Positions 24,268 to 32,655 of a DNA stretch of 64,000 nt are shown here, one piece after another. Source of the stretch: a virus. The stretch is from positions 1-64,000 of the IMG/VR virus record IMGVR_UViG_3300042731_007021. The stretch is one strand, 5' to 3'. Position 1 is the stretch's first letter, and each line of letters starts with the position of its first letter. The notes under the pieces were generated by a model that did not search any database, was not told the DNA's origin, and worked only from the letters and a program-made list of their open reading frames with translations. The position numbers were made by a program, and so were the translations under genes.

Positions 24268-24501
24268 TCAAACATCCATTTTCCCAGCATTAGCCGCAAC
24301 CAATGCTGAACAATTGACCCGCTCGATTTTGTCCGCAAGATCGCCGAAGCCGTCCCGGCGCGCGGAATTCGCCTGCATGCTGCAATAGCGAGCAAATACA
24401 GCTGAATCGTGGTTAAAATTTCCCCCAGGGTTTGCGGGATCTAGCGAGCAAATGTAGTTTGTTTCGCCTTGCCAAAAAGTGCGAGATTGTGAGATTCTCA
24501 T
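24268..24501 (-). CDS. hypothetical early protein
   Basis: ACACGAGGAAATT leader. Confidence 0.7.
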   Translation of the reverse strand: MRISQSRTFWQGETNYICSLDPANPGGNFNHDSAVFARYCSMQANSARRDGFGDLADKIERVNCSALVAANAGKMDV

Positions 24502-24529
24502 TTTTTAATTTCCTCGTGTGTTGTTGGGA

Positions 24530-24901
24530 TCAGTATCCGCGGGCTGTACGGCGGTTATAATCTTCTACAGCCAGCTCAAGACCCTCTCCGAAATAGTGGC
24601 CATTGCTGCAGTGCCCATCAGCATCTAAAGCCCAGGTAACAAAATCAACCTCAGTTCGCGCCAGCACTATGACCCCATTAGTGCTTATAACTAGGGCCGT
24701 GTTAGGCAGCGTGTCCCCAGGTTTTAAGTCTGGGTTAGGTGTTTTGTCGGTCCAGCTGTATGATGTGCCGTAAGCCGATACAGTCTCTTTCAAGGTCCGG
24801 CCGGTCATGTTGCTATAGTCTGCTATTGCCTTGTCAATGTCTGTGTAGCCTTGATTTTTAGCACGAGAGAGAGCGCGTTCGATGTGAGAAGAGTATTTCA
24901 T
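24530..24901 (-). CDS. hypothetical early protein; start MKYSSH
   Basis: ACACAGAGGAAATTAAA-ATG; C-terminal FVTW...GHYF...A..DY..R motif. Confidence 0.75.
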   Translation of the reverse strand: MKYSSHIERALSRAKNQGYTDIDKAIADYSNMTGRTLKETVSAYGTSYSWTDKTPNPDLKPGDTLPNTALVISTNGVIVLARTEVDFVTWALDADGHCSNGHYFGEGLELAVEDYNRRTARGY

Positions 24902-24902
24902 T

Positions 24903-25097
24903 TTAATTTCCTCTGTGTGCAATACGCTCAATAGAACGCTCACATTGTTCTATTAGCTGCTGTTTATTACGCCTAGACATTTGCCGGACCTTAAACGAAT
25001 CCTTCCTTGCCGGGTGTGGCAGGTTTAAAAAGTCTTGCACAATTACCTGCGCTAATTCGGTTTTTGTCCAATTGTTTAAATCACCTAAATTTCTCAT
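24903..25097 (-). CDS. hypothetical early protein
   Basis: 64-aa ORF. Confidence 0.6.
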   Translation of the reverse strand: MRNLGDLNNWTKTELAQVIVQDFLNLPHPARKDSFKVRQMSRRNKQQLIEQCERSIERIAHRGN

Positions 25098-25108
25098 TTC
25101 ATTGACCC

Positions 25109-25312
25109 TTACTGTAAGTTCTCTTCCAATTCTTCCAGTTCGACGGAACCGGATAATGCGGCCAAAGCTTGATCTATTCCATGGGCGTATTCGTCACCAG
25201 TGGCATAATAACGATCAAATGCACATTCGTATATTTTCTCCAGTGCCTGCTTATCGTCATCTGTGAGGGTGTTTAGATGGTTAATGATTTTGTCTACTAT
25301 AGTGGTGGTCAT
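25109..25312 (-). CDS. small acidic early protein, first gene of the operon
   Basis: ACACGAGGAAATTAAA-ATG; promoter-like TTGACT-N16-TATAGT at 25362-25389. Confidence 0.7.
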   Translation of the reverse strand: MTTTIVDKIINHLNTLTDDDKQALEKIYECAFDRYYATGDEYAHGIDQALAALSGSVELEELEENLQ

Positions 25313-25447
25313 TTTAATTTCCTCGTGTTGTTGGTTAAAATTTCATCTTTCTGTACCCCTAACTATAGACGCTATTTTATAGCAGTCAAGTTGATGTAAT
25401 GAATAAAGTGTGACCTAGGTCAAGTTTTTGATTATTGGTACTTGGGG

Positions 25448-25513
25448 GAGGGAAAGGACAGCCGACCTGGGAGAGGGAAAGGACAGCCGACCTGGGAGAG
25501 GGAAAGGACAGCC
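25448..25513. repeat. 25-bp tandem direct repeat, about 2.6 copies
   Basis: GAGGGAAAGGACAGCCGACCTGGGA units starting at 25448, 25473 and 25498. Confidence 0.9.
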
Positions 25514-25746
25514 AGCTGCACAGTTAAGGGGCCAATGTGACGATAATGGGGACGGAGTAGCCAATTAACGGGTCATAGTGTCGTTACTCTGTCACTTTAT
25601 TTGATAATGGTACCAGAGTGATGAATTAAAGGGCCAGAGTGGTGCGAGTCTGGAACCTTTTTGACCCCGGCACCTTATTTTTAATGGTCGGGGCGGAGGA
25701 GCAGAGCCTATAGGCCCACCTCTGAAAATTCCACAAAACCAAAAAC

Positions 25747-25781
25747 ACTTATTGACACTCCCACAACAACTCCCTTATACT
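25747..25781 (+). promoter_or_regulatory. sigma70-type promoter ACTTA-TTGACA-N18-TATACT
   Basis: phage promoter signature. Confidence 0.7.
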
Positions 25782-25834
25782 CTCACAAACCAAACAAACC
25801 ATAGACCTAAGCCGAAACAGAGGTCAAATCCACC

Positions 25835-26017
25835 ATGCCAGACATTGAAATAGCAGTAAAAGTCATAGCCAGAACAAAGAAAGCCTTATTAATATACGAC
25901 GGTAATATAGAGTGTTGGATTCCCGAATCCCAAATCAGCGACTATTCAGGGGATGAAGCCTCTCCTGACACTATATTCGTTCCTGAATGGCTGGCTGAAG
26001 AGAAAGGGCTGATATAA
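25835..26017 (+). CDS. small conserved phage protein (T.KA.L...WIP.SQI...PEWLA.EKGL)
   Basis: recognisable motif; GAGG RBS. Confidence 0.8.
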   Translation: MPDIEIAVKVIARTKKALLIYDGNIECWIPESQISDYSGDEASPDTIFVPEWLAEEKGLI

Positions 26018-26062
26018 CCAGGCCAACGAAGTTAAACTAACCCCCACAGAGACCAAACCCAC

Positions 26063-26278
26063 ATGCCAGACAAAGCAATAGCCTCCCCCGACCCCGAGTT
26101 CTACGACCAGATCATCTACGCCCTGAGACGGCAACTCACCCGCCTGGATGAATTGGCCGATCAACTTCACGACGCCCGTGACTACGCAGCCGAATTCCCT
26201 TACGAAGACGCCAGGCGGATGGAGGAGGCTATCGGAATTGTGGAGTTGGTCAAGGGAACGGTTGTTGGCGGCAAATAA
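26063..26278 (+). CDS. hypothetical protein
   Basis: 71-aa ORF. Confidence 0.6.
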   Translation: MPDKAIASPDPEFYDQIIYALRRQLTRLDELADQLHDARDYAAEFPYEDARRMEEAIGIVELVKGTVVGGK

Positions 26279-26279
26279 G

Positions 26280-26759
26280 ATGTCATTAACTCTTACTCCC
26301 ATCACACTCAAACAGGCGAAAGAGTTTATACAGAAACTCCATCGGCACAATAAACCACCAACCGGTTGGAAGTTTGGAGTCGGGGTAACTGAGGACGGCG
26401 TACTCGTCGGAGTGGCCACAGCCGGCCGCCCGATTGCCCGCCATTCAGATGACGGGGTAACTTTGGAGATCAACAGAACCTGCACGGACGGCACCCAAAA
26501 TGCTAACAGCATGTTGTATGGAGCAATCTGGAGAGCGGCTAAAGCTTTAGGTTACCGGCGCTGTATAACCTATACCCAAGCTGATGAAACCGGGGCCAGT
26601 TTAAGGGCTGCGGGGTGGGTAAAAGTAAAGAGATTAGCCCCCAGGAAGTCATGGGCGGAGTCCAGTGGGAAATTAAAAGACAAGAGAGACCCAGTTGGCA
26701 ATGGAGGGGTGGAGAGAATTTTGTGGGAAATTAAAATTCAACAATCCACAAAAATTTAA
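26280..26759 (+). CDS. XF1762-family (Mom-like, GNAT-fold) protein; start MSLTLTP
   Basis: HRHNKP, VGVA..GRP.AR, LEINRTCTDG..NA.SMLYGA..RAAKALGY...TYT...E.GASLRAAGW. Confidence 0.85.
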   Translation: MSLTLTPITLKQAKEFIQKLHRHNKPPTGWKFGVGVTEDGVLVGVATAGRPIARHSDDGVTLEINRTCTDGTQNANSMLYGAIWRAAKALGYRRCITYTQADETGASLRAAGWVKVKRLAPRKSWAESSGKLKDKRDPVGNGGVERILWEIKIQQSTKI

Positions 26760-26792
26760 CTTATTGACAACACCACCAAATATCCTTATACT
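26759..26792 (+). promoter_or_regulatory. sigma70-type promoter ACTTA-TTGACA-N17-TATACT
   Basis: near-consensus. Confidence 0.8.
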
Positions 26793-26819
26793 TCCCAAAC
26801 TCAATTAAACGAGAAACTT

Positions 26820-27038
26820 ATGAACAATTTGGCAAAAACTTTAAAACAGACCAACCGCACCGTGCGCGACCAATCATCACTTGACAGTTTAAATGGGTAC
26901 GCACAGGCGACTTTTGACAACCTCGCCACTGAGGTCAGTCCGGAGTTTGACCTGCGCGTCGAGAAGATCAGGCGGTTTATCGACTTCCAGGTACAGGAGT
27001 TGAAAAAGCAACTTCAAGTAAAGTTGAGTGAGTTGTAA
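26820..27038 (+). CDS. hypothetical protein
   Basis: 72-aa ORF after a promoter. Confidence 0.65.
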   Translation: MNNLAKTLKQTNRTVRDQSSLDSLNGYAQATFDNLATEVSPEFDLRVEKIRRFIDFQVQELKKQLQVKLSEL

Positions 27039-27078
27039 TGCCTGACCTTGAATTACCAAATAACCCGGAGATTATCCT

Positions 27079-27423
27079 ATGATCGAATATTTACTCACCC
27101 ACCCCGTCCAGTTCTTTTTCATCTTATTGGCGCAGTACTGCCTGATAGCGCCATTCCAGCAGCAATTAAAAAGGTCTTCAATCGGTAAGCCGATATTTAT
27201 CTGGTTTATCTGGCAGGATTGGTTGATCAACGTGACATGGTTTACCGTGTGGTGCCTTGACCCCCCGCAGCGTTGGAACGAAGTCGTTACGAAGCGTATG
27301 CGGACATATAAGACAGAGTATGTTTTGCCGTCATGGCGCACAAAACGTATAGAGCAGTGGCGCTATTTTATAGCGGTCAATTTATGCAGGGTGCTGAGCG
27401 TATTCGATAAAGGACATTGTTGA
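27079..27423 (+). CDS. putative membrane protein (D.LIN...P...EVVT.R...C..L..FD.GHC)
   Basis: hydrophobic segments; recognisable phage motif. Confidence 0.7.
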   Translation: MIEYLLTHPVQFFFILLAQYCLIAPFQQQLKRSSIGKPIFIWFIWQDWLINVTWFTVWCLDPPQRWNEVVTKRMRTYKTEYVLPSWRTKRIEQWRYFIAVNLCRVLSVFDKGHC

Positions 27424-27453
27424 AGCAGTTTTAAATTATAGAGGAAAATTTAA

Positions 27454-28026
27454 ATGAGATTGACAAACGCTATTCGTGATGAGGTTTTAAGTAACGTCAT
27501 CAAAGAAAAGATTGACCCAAAGGTCGAAGCAATAAAAGACAGGGTAACACAAATCGCTATCAGGACGGTTAACAGCCAATACCCTGAATCAGTTAAAGAA
27601 TGGATCGCCAAAGCCCCTGAGGGAGGGCTGTCGACGCGATCTGCTATAACCTTGATAACTGCCGATGAAATTAAATTTAAGCATCAACTGCTGCTGGGTG
27701 ACTACCCAATCCAGCGTTTTACTAATACATATAGAATTTCAGTTCCGTCTCACAAAGTCCTGGCGCAAGATCAATATACAACACAACTGCAGGCGTCTAA
27801 AAGAGATTCAGCTAAGTTGAACAAAATGCTAAAGGATCTGGACGCGTTACAAAAAACCAGTGACGCTATAAAAACCACCGTATGTGCGGCATTGAGAGCG
27901 GTAACTACAGTGAAACAACTTAGCGACAACTATCCTGACCTGGTAAGGTATATGCCAAAGCCTGAGCCGGCAGCAAAACCCATCACTATCACTAACGACA
28001 GGGTAGCCGAAATACTTAAGTTATAA
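27454..28026 (+). CDS. Nmad5 (nucleotide-modification-associated domain 5) family protein
   Basis: MRLTNAIRDEV N-terminus; TTVKQL...YPDL..YMP C-terminus. Confidence 0.75.
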   Translation: MRLTNAIRDEVLSNVIKEKIDPKVEAIKDRVTQIAIRTVNSQYPESVKEWIAKAPEGGLSTRSAITLITADEIKFKHQLLLGDYPIQRFTNTYRISVPSHKVLAQDQYTTQLQASKRDSAKLNKMLKDLDALQKTSDAIKTTVCAALRAVTTVKQLSDNYPDLVRYMPKPEPAAKPITITNDRVAEILKL

Positions 28027-28073
28027 TAATTTTAGTAATCAATTTAATGTGCCATACAGGCATCGGAGATATC

Positions 28074-28535
28074 ATGATTAAATTAGGAAGTTTTGTAAAA
28101 GACCGGGTGACCGGATTGACTGGGGTAGCTGAAAACCGGGCTACATTTCTGTACGGGTGCGACCGGTATTTTGTGCAGCCACAAATTGATGCTGACGGCA
28201 AAGTTCCTGAAGGAAGGATGGTGGATGCCCCGCAACTCGAAGTTCTTGACAAGGCACCTGCGATGGAGCCGATGCCGGAACCTGTGCAAACAATACCGCT
28301 GGGAAAGATGGTTAACGATCCTGTGCGCGGGCAGAAAGGCACAGCCACTGGTAGGGCGGTTTACTTGAACGGTTGTTCACGAATTTATGTAGAGCCGAAG
28401 CAAGGCATGTTAAAGATCGACGAAACCAAGGCATGGTGGACGGATGAACCACAATTGGAGCTTATTGACAAAGTGGTATCGAAGCCTGGAAATGAAAAAA
28501 CAGGCGGGCCAGCAAGGAGTTGTTCTAAGTATTGA
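28074..28535 (+). CDS. protein made of two tandem copies of a small beta domain; start MIKLGSF
   Basis: LG..V.D.V.G..G.A..RA..L.GC.R..V.P occurs twice. Confidence 0.75.
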   Translation: MIKLGSFVKDRVTGLTGVAENRATFLYGCDRYFVQPQIDADGKVPEGRMVDAPQLEVLDKAPAMEPMPEPVQTIPLGKMVNDPVRGQKGTATGRAVYLNGCSRIYVEPKQGMLKIDETKAWWTDEPQLELIDKVVSKPGNEKTGGPARSCSKY

Positions 28536-28544
28536 GTATAACGG

Positions 28545-28699
28545 TTAACGTCATACAACCAATTCCGAGTCATAGTTTCTAGCCGTTTCTATGACTATGT
28601 GAGCCGCCCACCAGATGCGGTGAATCCGGTTGAATCGGAATGGGGTTAGCGCCCTTGCCTTCATCAGAGCAACCGGCGTCATACCGCCTCAGACGTTAA
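28545..28699 (+). ncRNA. candidate multi-stem ncRNA (strand uncertain)
   Basis: closing stem TTAACGTC/GACGTTAA with nested ATTCCGA/TCGGAAT, GTCATAG/CTATGAC, CCGC/GCGG, GCGCC/GGCGT and TTGC/GCAA. Confidence 0.55.
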
Positions 28700-28732
28700 A
28701 AGGGGCTTTAAGTTTAACTTTGCAGGAGAGTC

Positions 28733-29056
28733 ATGAAGTATTCAAACCTTATTGAGGCCTCTAAAAATATCAGGCAGGCTATTATTTATCTTAGCGCAGC
28801 TGCAGACAACAGCAACGATCAGGACGTCAATAAGCTGATAGACCAACTGGAGAGAGACGACGACCACATTGCCGATTTGCTGGCACGGAAGCCACCGGTT
28901 ATCGACATGTGGCCGAATGTGCCGTCTGAGAGGGTTGAGGATTCAATCGAAGAAGAGGCGGCTGACCTCAGGCTTGGCATCGTCATCATCATTGCAGCTT
29001 TTTTAATTTTTGCAGGCCTGGTGACTGGGCTCATAAAACTTGTCTTTTTAGGATAA
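28733..29056 (+). CDS. protein with a C-terminal TM helix
   Basis: AGGAG RBS; hydrophobic tail. Confidence 0.7.
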   Translation: MKYSNLIEASKNIRQAIIYLSAAADNSNDQDVNKLIDQLERDDDHIADLLARKPPVIDMWPNVPSERVEDSIEEEAADLRLGIVIIIAAFLIFAGLVTGLIKLVFLG

Positions 29057-29059
29057 ACA

Positions 29060-29302
29060 ATGACTGATAAGAAAACACCTGATACAACCACCTCCCCTGG
29101 CCTGACATCGATAGTCAATAGACTAAACGTAGAAGACAAGGACTTAGTTGCTTCCACTGAAACCATGAAGCGACAACTCCCTATCATGAATGAAGCGTAT
29201 ATAACGATAGCGAAAATGAAGAAAAACTATTACGACGCTTTGATAGCAGAGGGGTTTAGCAGGGAAGAGGCATTGGAATTGTGTAAGCAAATGGAGTTAT
29301 GA
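29060..29302 (+). CDS. hypothetical protein (YYDALIAEGFS.EEAL.L motif)
   Basis: common small phage protein motif. Confidence 0.7.
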   Translation: MTDKKTPDTTTSPGLTSIVNRLNVEDKDLVASTETMKRQLPIMNEAYITIAKMKKNYYDALIAEGFSREEALELCKQMEL

Positions 29303-29374
29303 AATAACCGGTAAGCCGAATCATTATGTTTGCAAAAACTGTTACGAATCTTTCCCTTTGGACGATACTGAAAA

Positions 29375-30439
29375 ATGAACCCAAAACAAATCTACGAAAA
29401 CTTACTTAAAAACCAGCAAATCATGAAACCTGTCAACCCAGATGATAAAAAGTTATTTGGCTCTGACACGGATATCAACCAGCTTGCCCCGTTTAAATAC
29501 CCGGCAGCTTACGAATTTTTCAAAAATGGGGTCAGTAACAACTGGACCCCTGAGGAAGTTCCAATGGGTCCTGATCTATACGATTACAGACACAAGCTGA
29601 ACGACGCCGAAAAGCATGTATACGAAAATGTGCTGTCCTATCTCACTACTTCGGATATTATGGTTGGGCGCAACATCGCTACGGCCCTTTTTGATAAATT
29701 ACCGGTACCTGAGATTCAGCTTTACCTTGGCAGACAGGTTTTCGAAGAAGGGCTACACAGCCACTCTTATCAATTTTGCATTGAAGGCTTAGGGCTGGAT
29801 CAGGGGGAAATATATAATCGCTATCGGACGGTTCCGGAGATTTATCAAAAGCTGATACTGGCCCAACAATATACAGACTCGTTGACAGCTGATGATTTCG
29901 ACATGCAGGATCCAGAATATCAGAGGAGGTTCGTCAAGGCTTTGGTATTCTACGGTATCGGATTCGAAGGTGTCTGGTTTTATAACGGGTTCACCCCAGT
30001 GTTTTCCCTACAACGGCGCGGGCTTATGAAGGCGACCGGGGAGCAGTTTCAATACATCCTGCGGGATGAAGCAAACCACGCCACTTTTTATCAGTGGCTG
30101 ATTCAGATGATCCGGAAGGAGTACCCGCATATCTGGATTCCAGGATTCGATGAGGAGTTGCGCGTCGTCCTTCGTCAAGTCGTAGAGGCTGAAAAGCTGT
30201 ATATAGGATACATACTGAAGAGTCCGATATTGGCGTATTCCCCTCGGCAGCATATCGACCAGGCAAAGTTTATGGTTAACTTACGGGCTCAGCGGATTGG
30301 GCTCGGCATCGTATACCCTGAAATTACCAGACCGGCGACACCGTGGCTTGATGAGCAAGCGTTTATCAAAAAGGAGAAGAACTTTTTTGAATCAAGGGTG
30401 AATGAATACCAGAACGCTGGAAGGTTAAATTGGGATTGA
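29375..30439 (+). CDS. nrdB: ribonucleotide reductase class Ia beta subunit
   Basis: W.PEEV, D ligand (LTTSD), EEGLHSHSY with radical Tyr, EGVWFYNGF, RDEANH, NFFE.RV.EY. Confidence 0.95.
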   Translation: MNPKQIYENLLKNQQIMKPVNPDDKKLFGSDTDINQLAPFKYPAAYEFFKNGVSNNWTPEEVPMGPDLYDYRHKLNDAEKHVYENVLSYLTTSDIMVGRNIATALFDKLPVPEIQLYLGRQVFEEGLHSHSYQFCIEGLGLDQGEIYNRYRTVPEIYQKLILAQQYTDSLTADDFDMQDPEYQRRFVKALVFYGIGFEGVWFYNGFTPVFSLQRRGLMKATGEQFQYILRDEANHATFYQWLIQMIRKEYPHIWIPGFDEELRVVLRQVVEAEKLYIGYILKSPILAYSPRQHIDQAKFMVNLRAQRIGLGIVYPEITRPATPWLDEQAFIKKEKNFFESRVNEYQNAGRLNWD

Positions 30440-30463
30440 CAATATCTAACTGAGGATACAACT

Positions 30464-30808
30464 TTGCGGACAATCATAGCCGGGAGTATGGACTGCACCA
30501 ATTACGATGATTTGCTAAGGGCGATCGAAGTTATTGGATGGAAACCTTCAGTAGTTTTAAGCGGGGCAGCCAGGGGGGTGGACAGGATGGGAGAACGGTG
30601 GGCAAGAGAAAATGGCCCCCCTGTAGATAAATACCCGGCAGATTGGAACAAGTATGGCAGATCGGCTGGGTACAAACGTAATAATGAGATGGCAAAAAAT
30701 GCTGACGCTTTACTGGCGCTTTGGGACTTTAAAAGCAAGGGCACCAGGCACATGATTAACCTGGCTAAAAAAGCTGGGCTGACCATATACGTATATAAAG
30801 TAAGTTAG
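30464..30808 (+). CDS. DUF2493 / YspA-like SLOG family protein
   Basis: IIAGS, SGAARGVD..GE.WA, ADW..YGRSAG..RN.EMA, WD.KSKGT.HMI. Confidence 0.9.
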   Translation: MRTIIAGSMDCTNYDDLLRAIEVIGWKPSVVLSGAARGVDRMGERWARENGPPVDKYPADWNKYGRSAGYKRNNEMAKNADALLALWDFKSKGTRHMINLAKKAGLTIYVYKVS

Positions 30809-30817
30809 CAATATATA

Positions 30818-30851
30818 ACTTATTGACATTGCTTTAAGTTTTTAGTATATT
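30818..30851 (+). promoter_or_regulatory. sigma70-type promoter ACTTA-TTGACA-N17-TATATT
   Basis: phage promoter signature. Confidence 0.75.
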
Positions 30852-30920
30852 TCGCCATTACTGGCTGCTGGCCAGAATTTAAAAAACAACCTACTTTACC
30901 AACCTGCCTATGGAGGCACT

Positions 30921-31226
30921 ATGACAACTGCAAACGATATACAACTCTGCGCCAGACAAAAGAAAGAGTTGTCCGACAAACTTTACCAGAAAATGGCGGC
31001 GGCCATTGATGGTATCAGCATCTCAACCTTGCGTAACGCTATGACGACGGAAGCCGTAAAGGCAGTTAAGAAAGTCGGCCCCCAACTGTCTGTCAGTATC
31101 GACACCGAAGGCTTGAACACCGCACTGGCAAAAGTGCTTGCAAAGGCGTCCCCGGCAGCAGTTAAAGTCGGCCCCAAAGCCAAAACGGTTGCAAAAAAGA
31201 AAACCGCAGCCAAGAAGGCTGCTTAG
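30921..31226 (+). CDS. basic Lys/Ala-rich protein with a histone-like tail
   Basis: GGAGG RBS; AKKKTAAKKAA C-terminus. Confidence 0.75.
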   Translation: MTTANDIQLCARQKKELSDKLYQKMAAAIDGISISTLRNAMTTEAVKAVKKVGPQLSVSIDTEGLNTALAKVLAKASPAAVKVGPKAKTVAKKKTAAKKAA

Positions 31227-31294
31227 CCGAAGAGGTAAGTTACCTATGAGAGCGTGGGTAACTCCTCGCTCTCATTCAATATCAGGGGAATTAG

Positions 31295-31897
31295 GTGGAA
31301 GACAAAAACTATTATGAAACCCTCGGGGTAAATAAAGACGCTTCTCAATCAGACATTAAAAAAGCGTGGAGGAAAAAAGCATCAGCGGCTCACCCTGACA
31401 AAGGTGCAGATGGCTCTGAGTTCAAAGCTTTGGCTATTGCCTATAAAATTTTGTCCGACCCAGATAAGCGGGAACGCTACGATAAAGGCAAGGCCACTGA
31501 TCGACCGACCGAGATTCAAGAGTTGATGCAACTGTTTTCCGTCGTGCTGCATAAAAACGTTGATAACATAGAAACCGTCGACCTTGTAGACACTGTTAGG
31601 CAACAAATAAAGTCGGCTATCTCAGAACACACAAAAAATATGGCCAAACAAGAGCGGGAAGTGGCTAAATTGAGAAAGGCTGTTGGCCGCACCAAATCGA
31701 AAGATAATTTGCTGGAATCAGTCATTGAAGCAGAGATACGCTGGGGAGAACAAACTATCTCTGCAATTAAAGAAAAACTGGACGGTGCAAATAAAATGTT
31801 GGTAATTATGGAAGATTGGAGTTATAGAGTGGATGAGATAAACCAACTTTTTTCTTTTAGCCAAATCGGATCCACGTCTACGTCAACCTTTTATTGA
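31295..31897 (+). CDS. DnaJ-domain (J-domain) protein
   Basis: NYYETLGV..DAS..DIKKAWR.....HPDK...AY.ILSDP.KR.RYD. Confidence 0.9.
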   Translation: MEDKNYYETLGVNKDASQSDIKKAWRKKASAAHPDKGADGSEFKALAIAYKILSDPDKRERYDKGKATDRPTEIQELMQLFSVVLHKNVDNIETVDLVDTVRQQIKSAISEHTKNMAKQEREVAKLRKAVGRTKSKDNLLESVIEAEIRWGEQTISAIKEKLDGANKMLVIMEDWSYRVDEINQLFSFSQIGSTSTSTFY

Positions 31898-31924
31898 TCC
31901 CCTGGGTAAGTCATCTTACCCGTT

Positions 31925-31955
31925 TGCCGGAAAGTGACCCTTTCCGGCACTTTTT
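31925..31955 (+). terminator. intrinsic terminator
   Basis: TGCCGGAAAG tgacc CTTTCCGGCA c TTTTT. Confidence 0.8.
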
Positions 31956-31982
31956 GACACAACTGCTACCACCCCTTATACT
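31954..31982 (+). promoter_or_regulatory. sigma70-type promoter TTGACA-N17-TATACT for the packaging operon
   Basis: -35 box overlaps the terminator T-tract. Confidence 0.7.
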
Positions 31983-32012
31983 TCCCTTTTTGATTAATCA
32001 TACAGCAAACTT

Positions 32013-32429
32013 ATGTCCAGACAGTTCGAGGACGATTTAAACGACGTGCCAGACGATCCTTATAGCGGCCCTCCAGAAGAAGATTATTCTGACGAACTGG
32101 CTTACGATCCGGAAGGCATGGACATAGATATCCGCAAAGAAATTATGGCCACTATGTCGGTCTTAAGGAATCAGCGTAAACACTTATTCAATGCCCAGGG
32201 CCTGCCGAAGAAAGGGGTAGATTTCCGCGATATAAAAAGTTATATGGCGTCTACAACCCAGGTGTTGACCATGTTGCAAAAATTTGAAGAGGCGTTGAAG
32301 ACCGATGCGGATTTGAGGAAAATAGAAACCGCCATTTCTATGGCCCTGGAAGATTCCCCATGTCCCGAGTTTGCAGAACATCTGAAGAGGTATTTGAGCG
32401 ATGAGCCGGCCGAAGCTTTACAAGATTAG
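32013..32429 (+). CDS. putative terminase small subunit
   Basis: helical 138-aa ORF; position upstream of the large subunit. Confidence 0.5.
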   Translation: MSRQFEDDLNDVPDDPYSGPPEEDYSDELAYDPEGMDIDIRKEIMATMSVLRNQRKHLFNAQGLPKKGVDFRDIKSYMASTTQVLTMLQKFEEALKTDADLRKIETAISMALEDSPCPEFAEHLKRYLSDEPAEALQD

Positions 32430-32655
32430 CGGTAAGGAGTACTCACTGTCAGATTTGGCGGTCATCAATGGTGTCAGTCGACAGGCGATGTCAGCCCGCG
32501 TGTTAAAGATAACTAAAACGGTAAAGGACAATCTTGCTAAAGAAGGGCTATCAGAAGACAGCGAAGAGGGAAAGCTGCGTTTGCTCAGAGCGATTAAAGG
32601 CATGCTTCTCAGCAAGTCTATGCAGGGGAAGCGCACTGACCTTACCTATCGATGA
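32401..32655 (+). CDS. HTH DNA-binding protein
   Basis: SLSDLA...GVSRQAMSARV; QGKRTDL. Confidence 0.6.
   Translation: MSRPKLYKISGKEYSLSDLAVINGVSRQAMSARVLKITKTVKDNLAKEGLSEDSEEGKLRLLRAIKGMLLSKSMQGKRTDLTYR

Noticed and set aside
25448-25513. CRISPR array
   Set aside because: The repeats are head-to-tail with no spacers, and there are no cas genes in the window.
28570-28675. Second hammerhead (CTGATGA on the - strand at about 28662-28668)
   Set aside because: No stem II leading to a correctly placed GAAA, and no stem III with a cleavage triplet.
28543-28700. The TAAC...GTTA-bounded element read as another attC site
   Set aside because: The terminal stem is continuous, with no unpaired spacer or L boxes, and the interior is multibranched, so it is treated as an ncRNA candidate.
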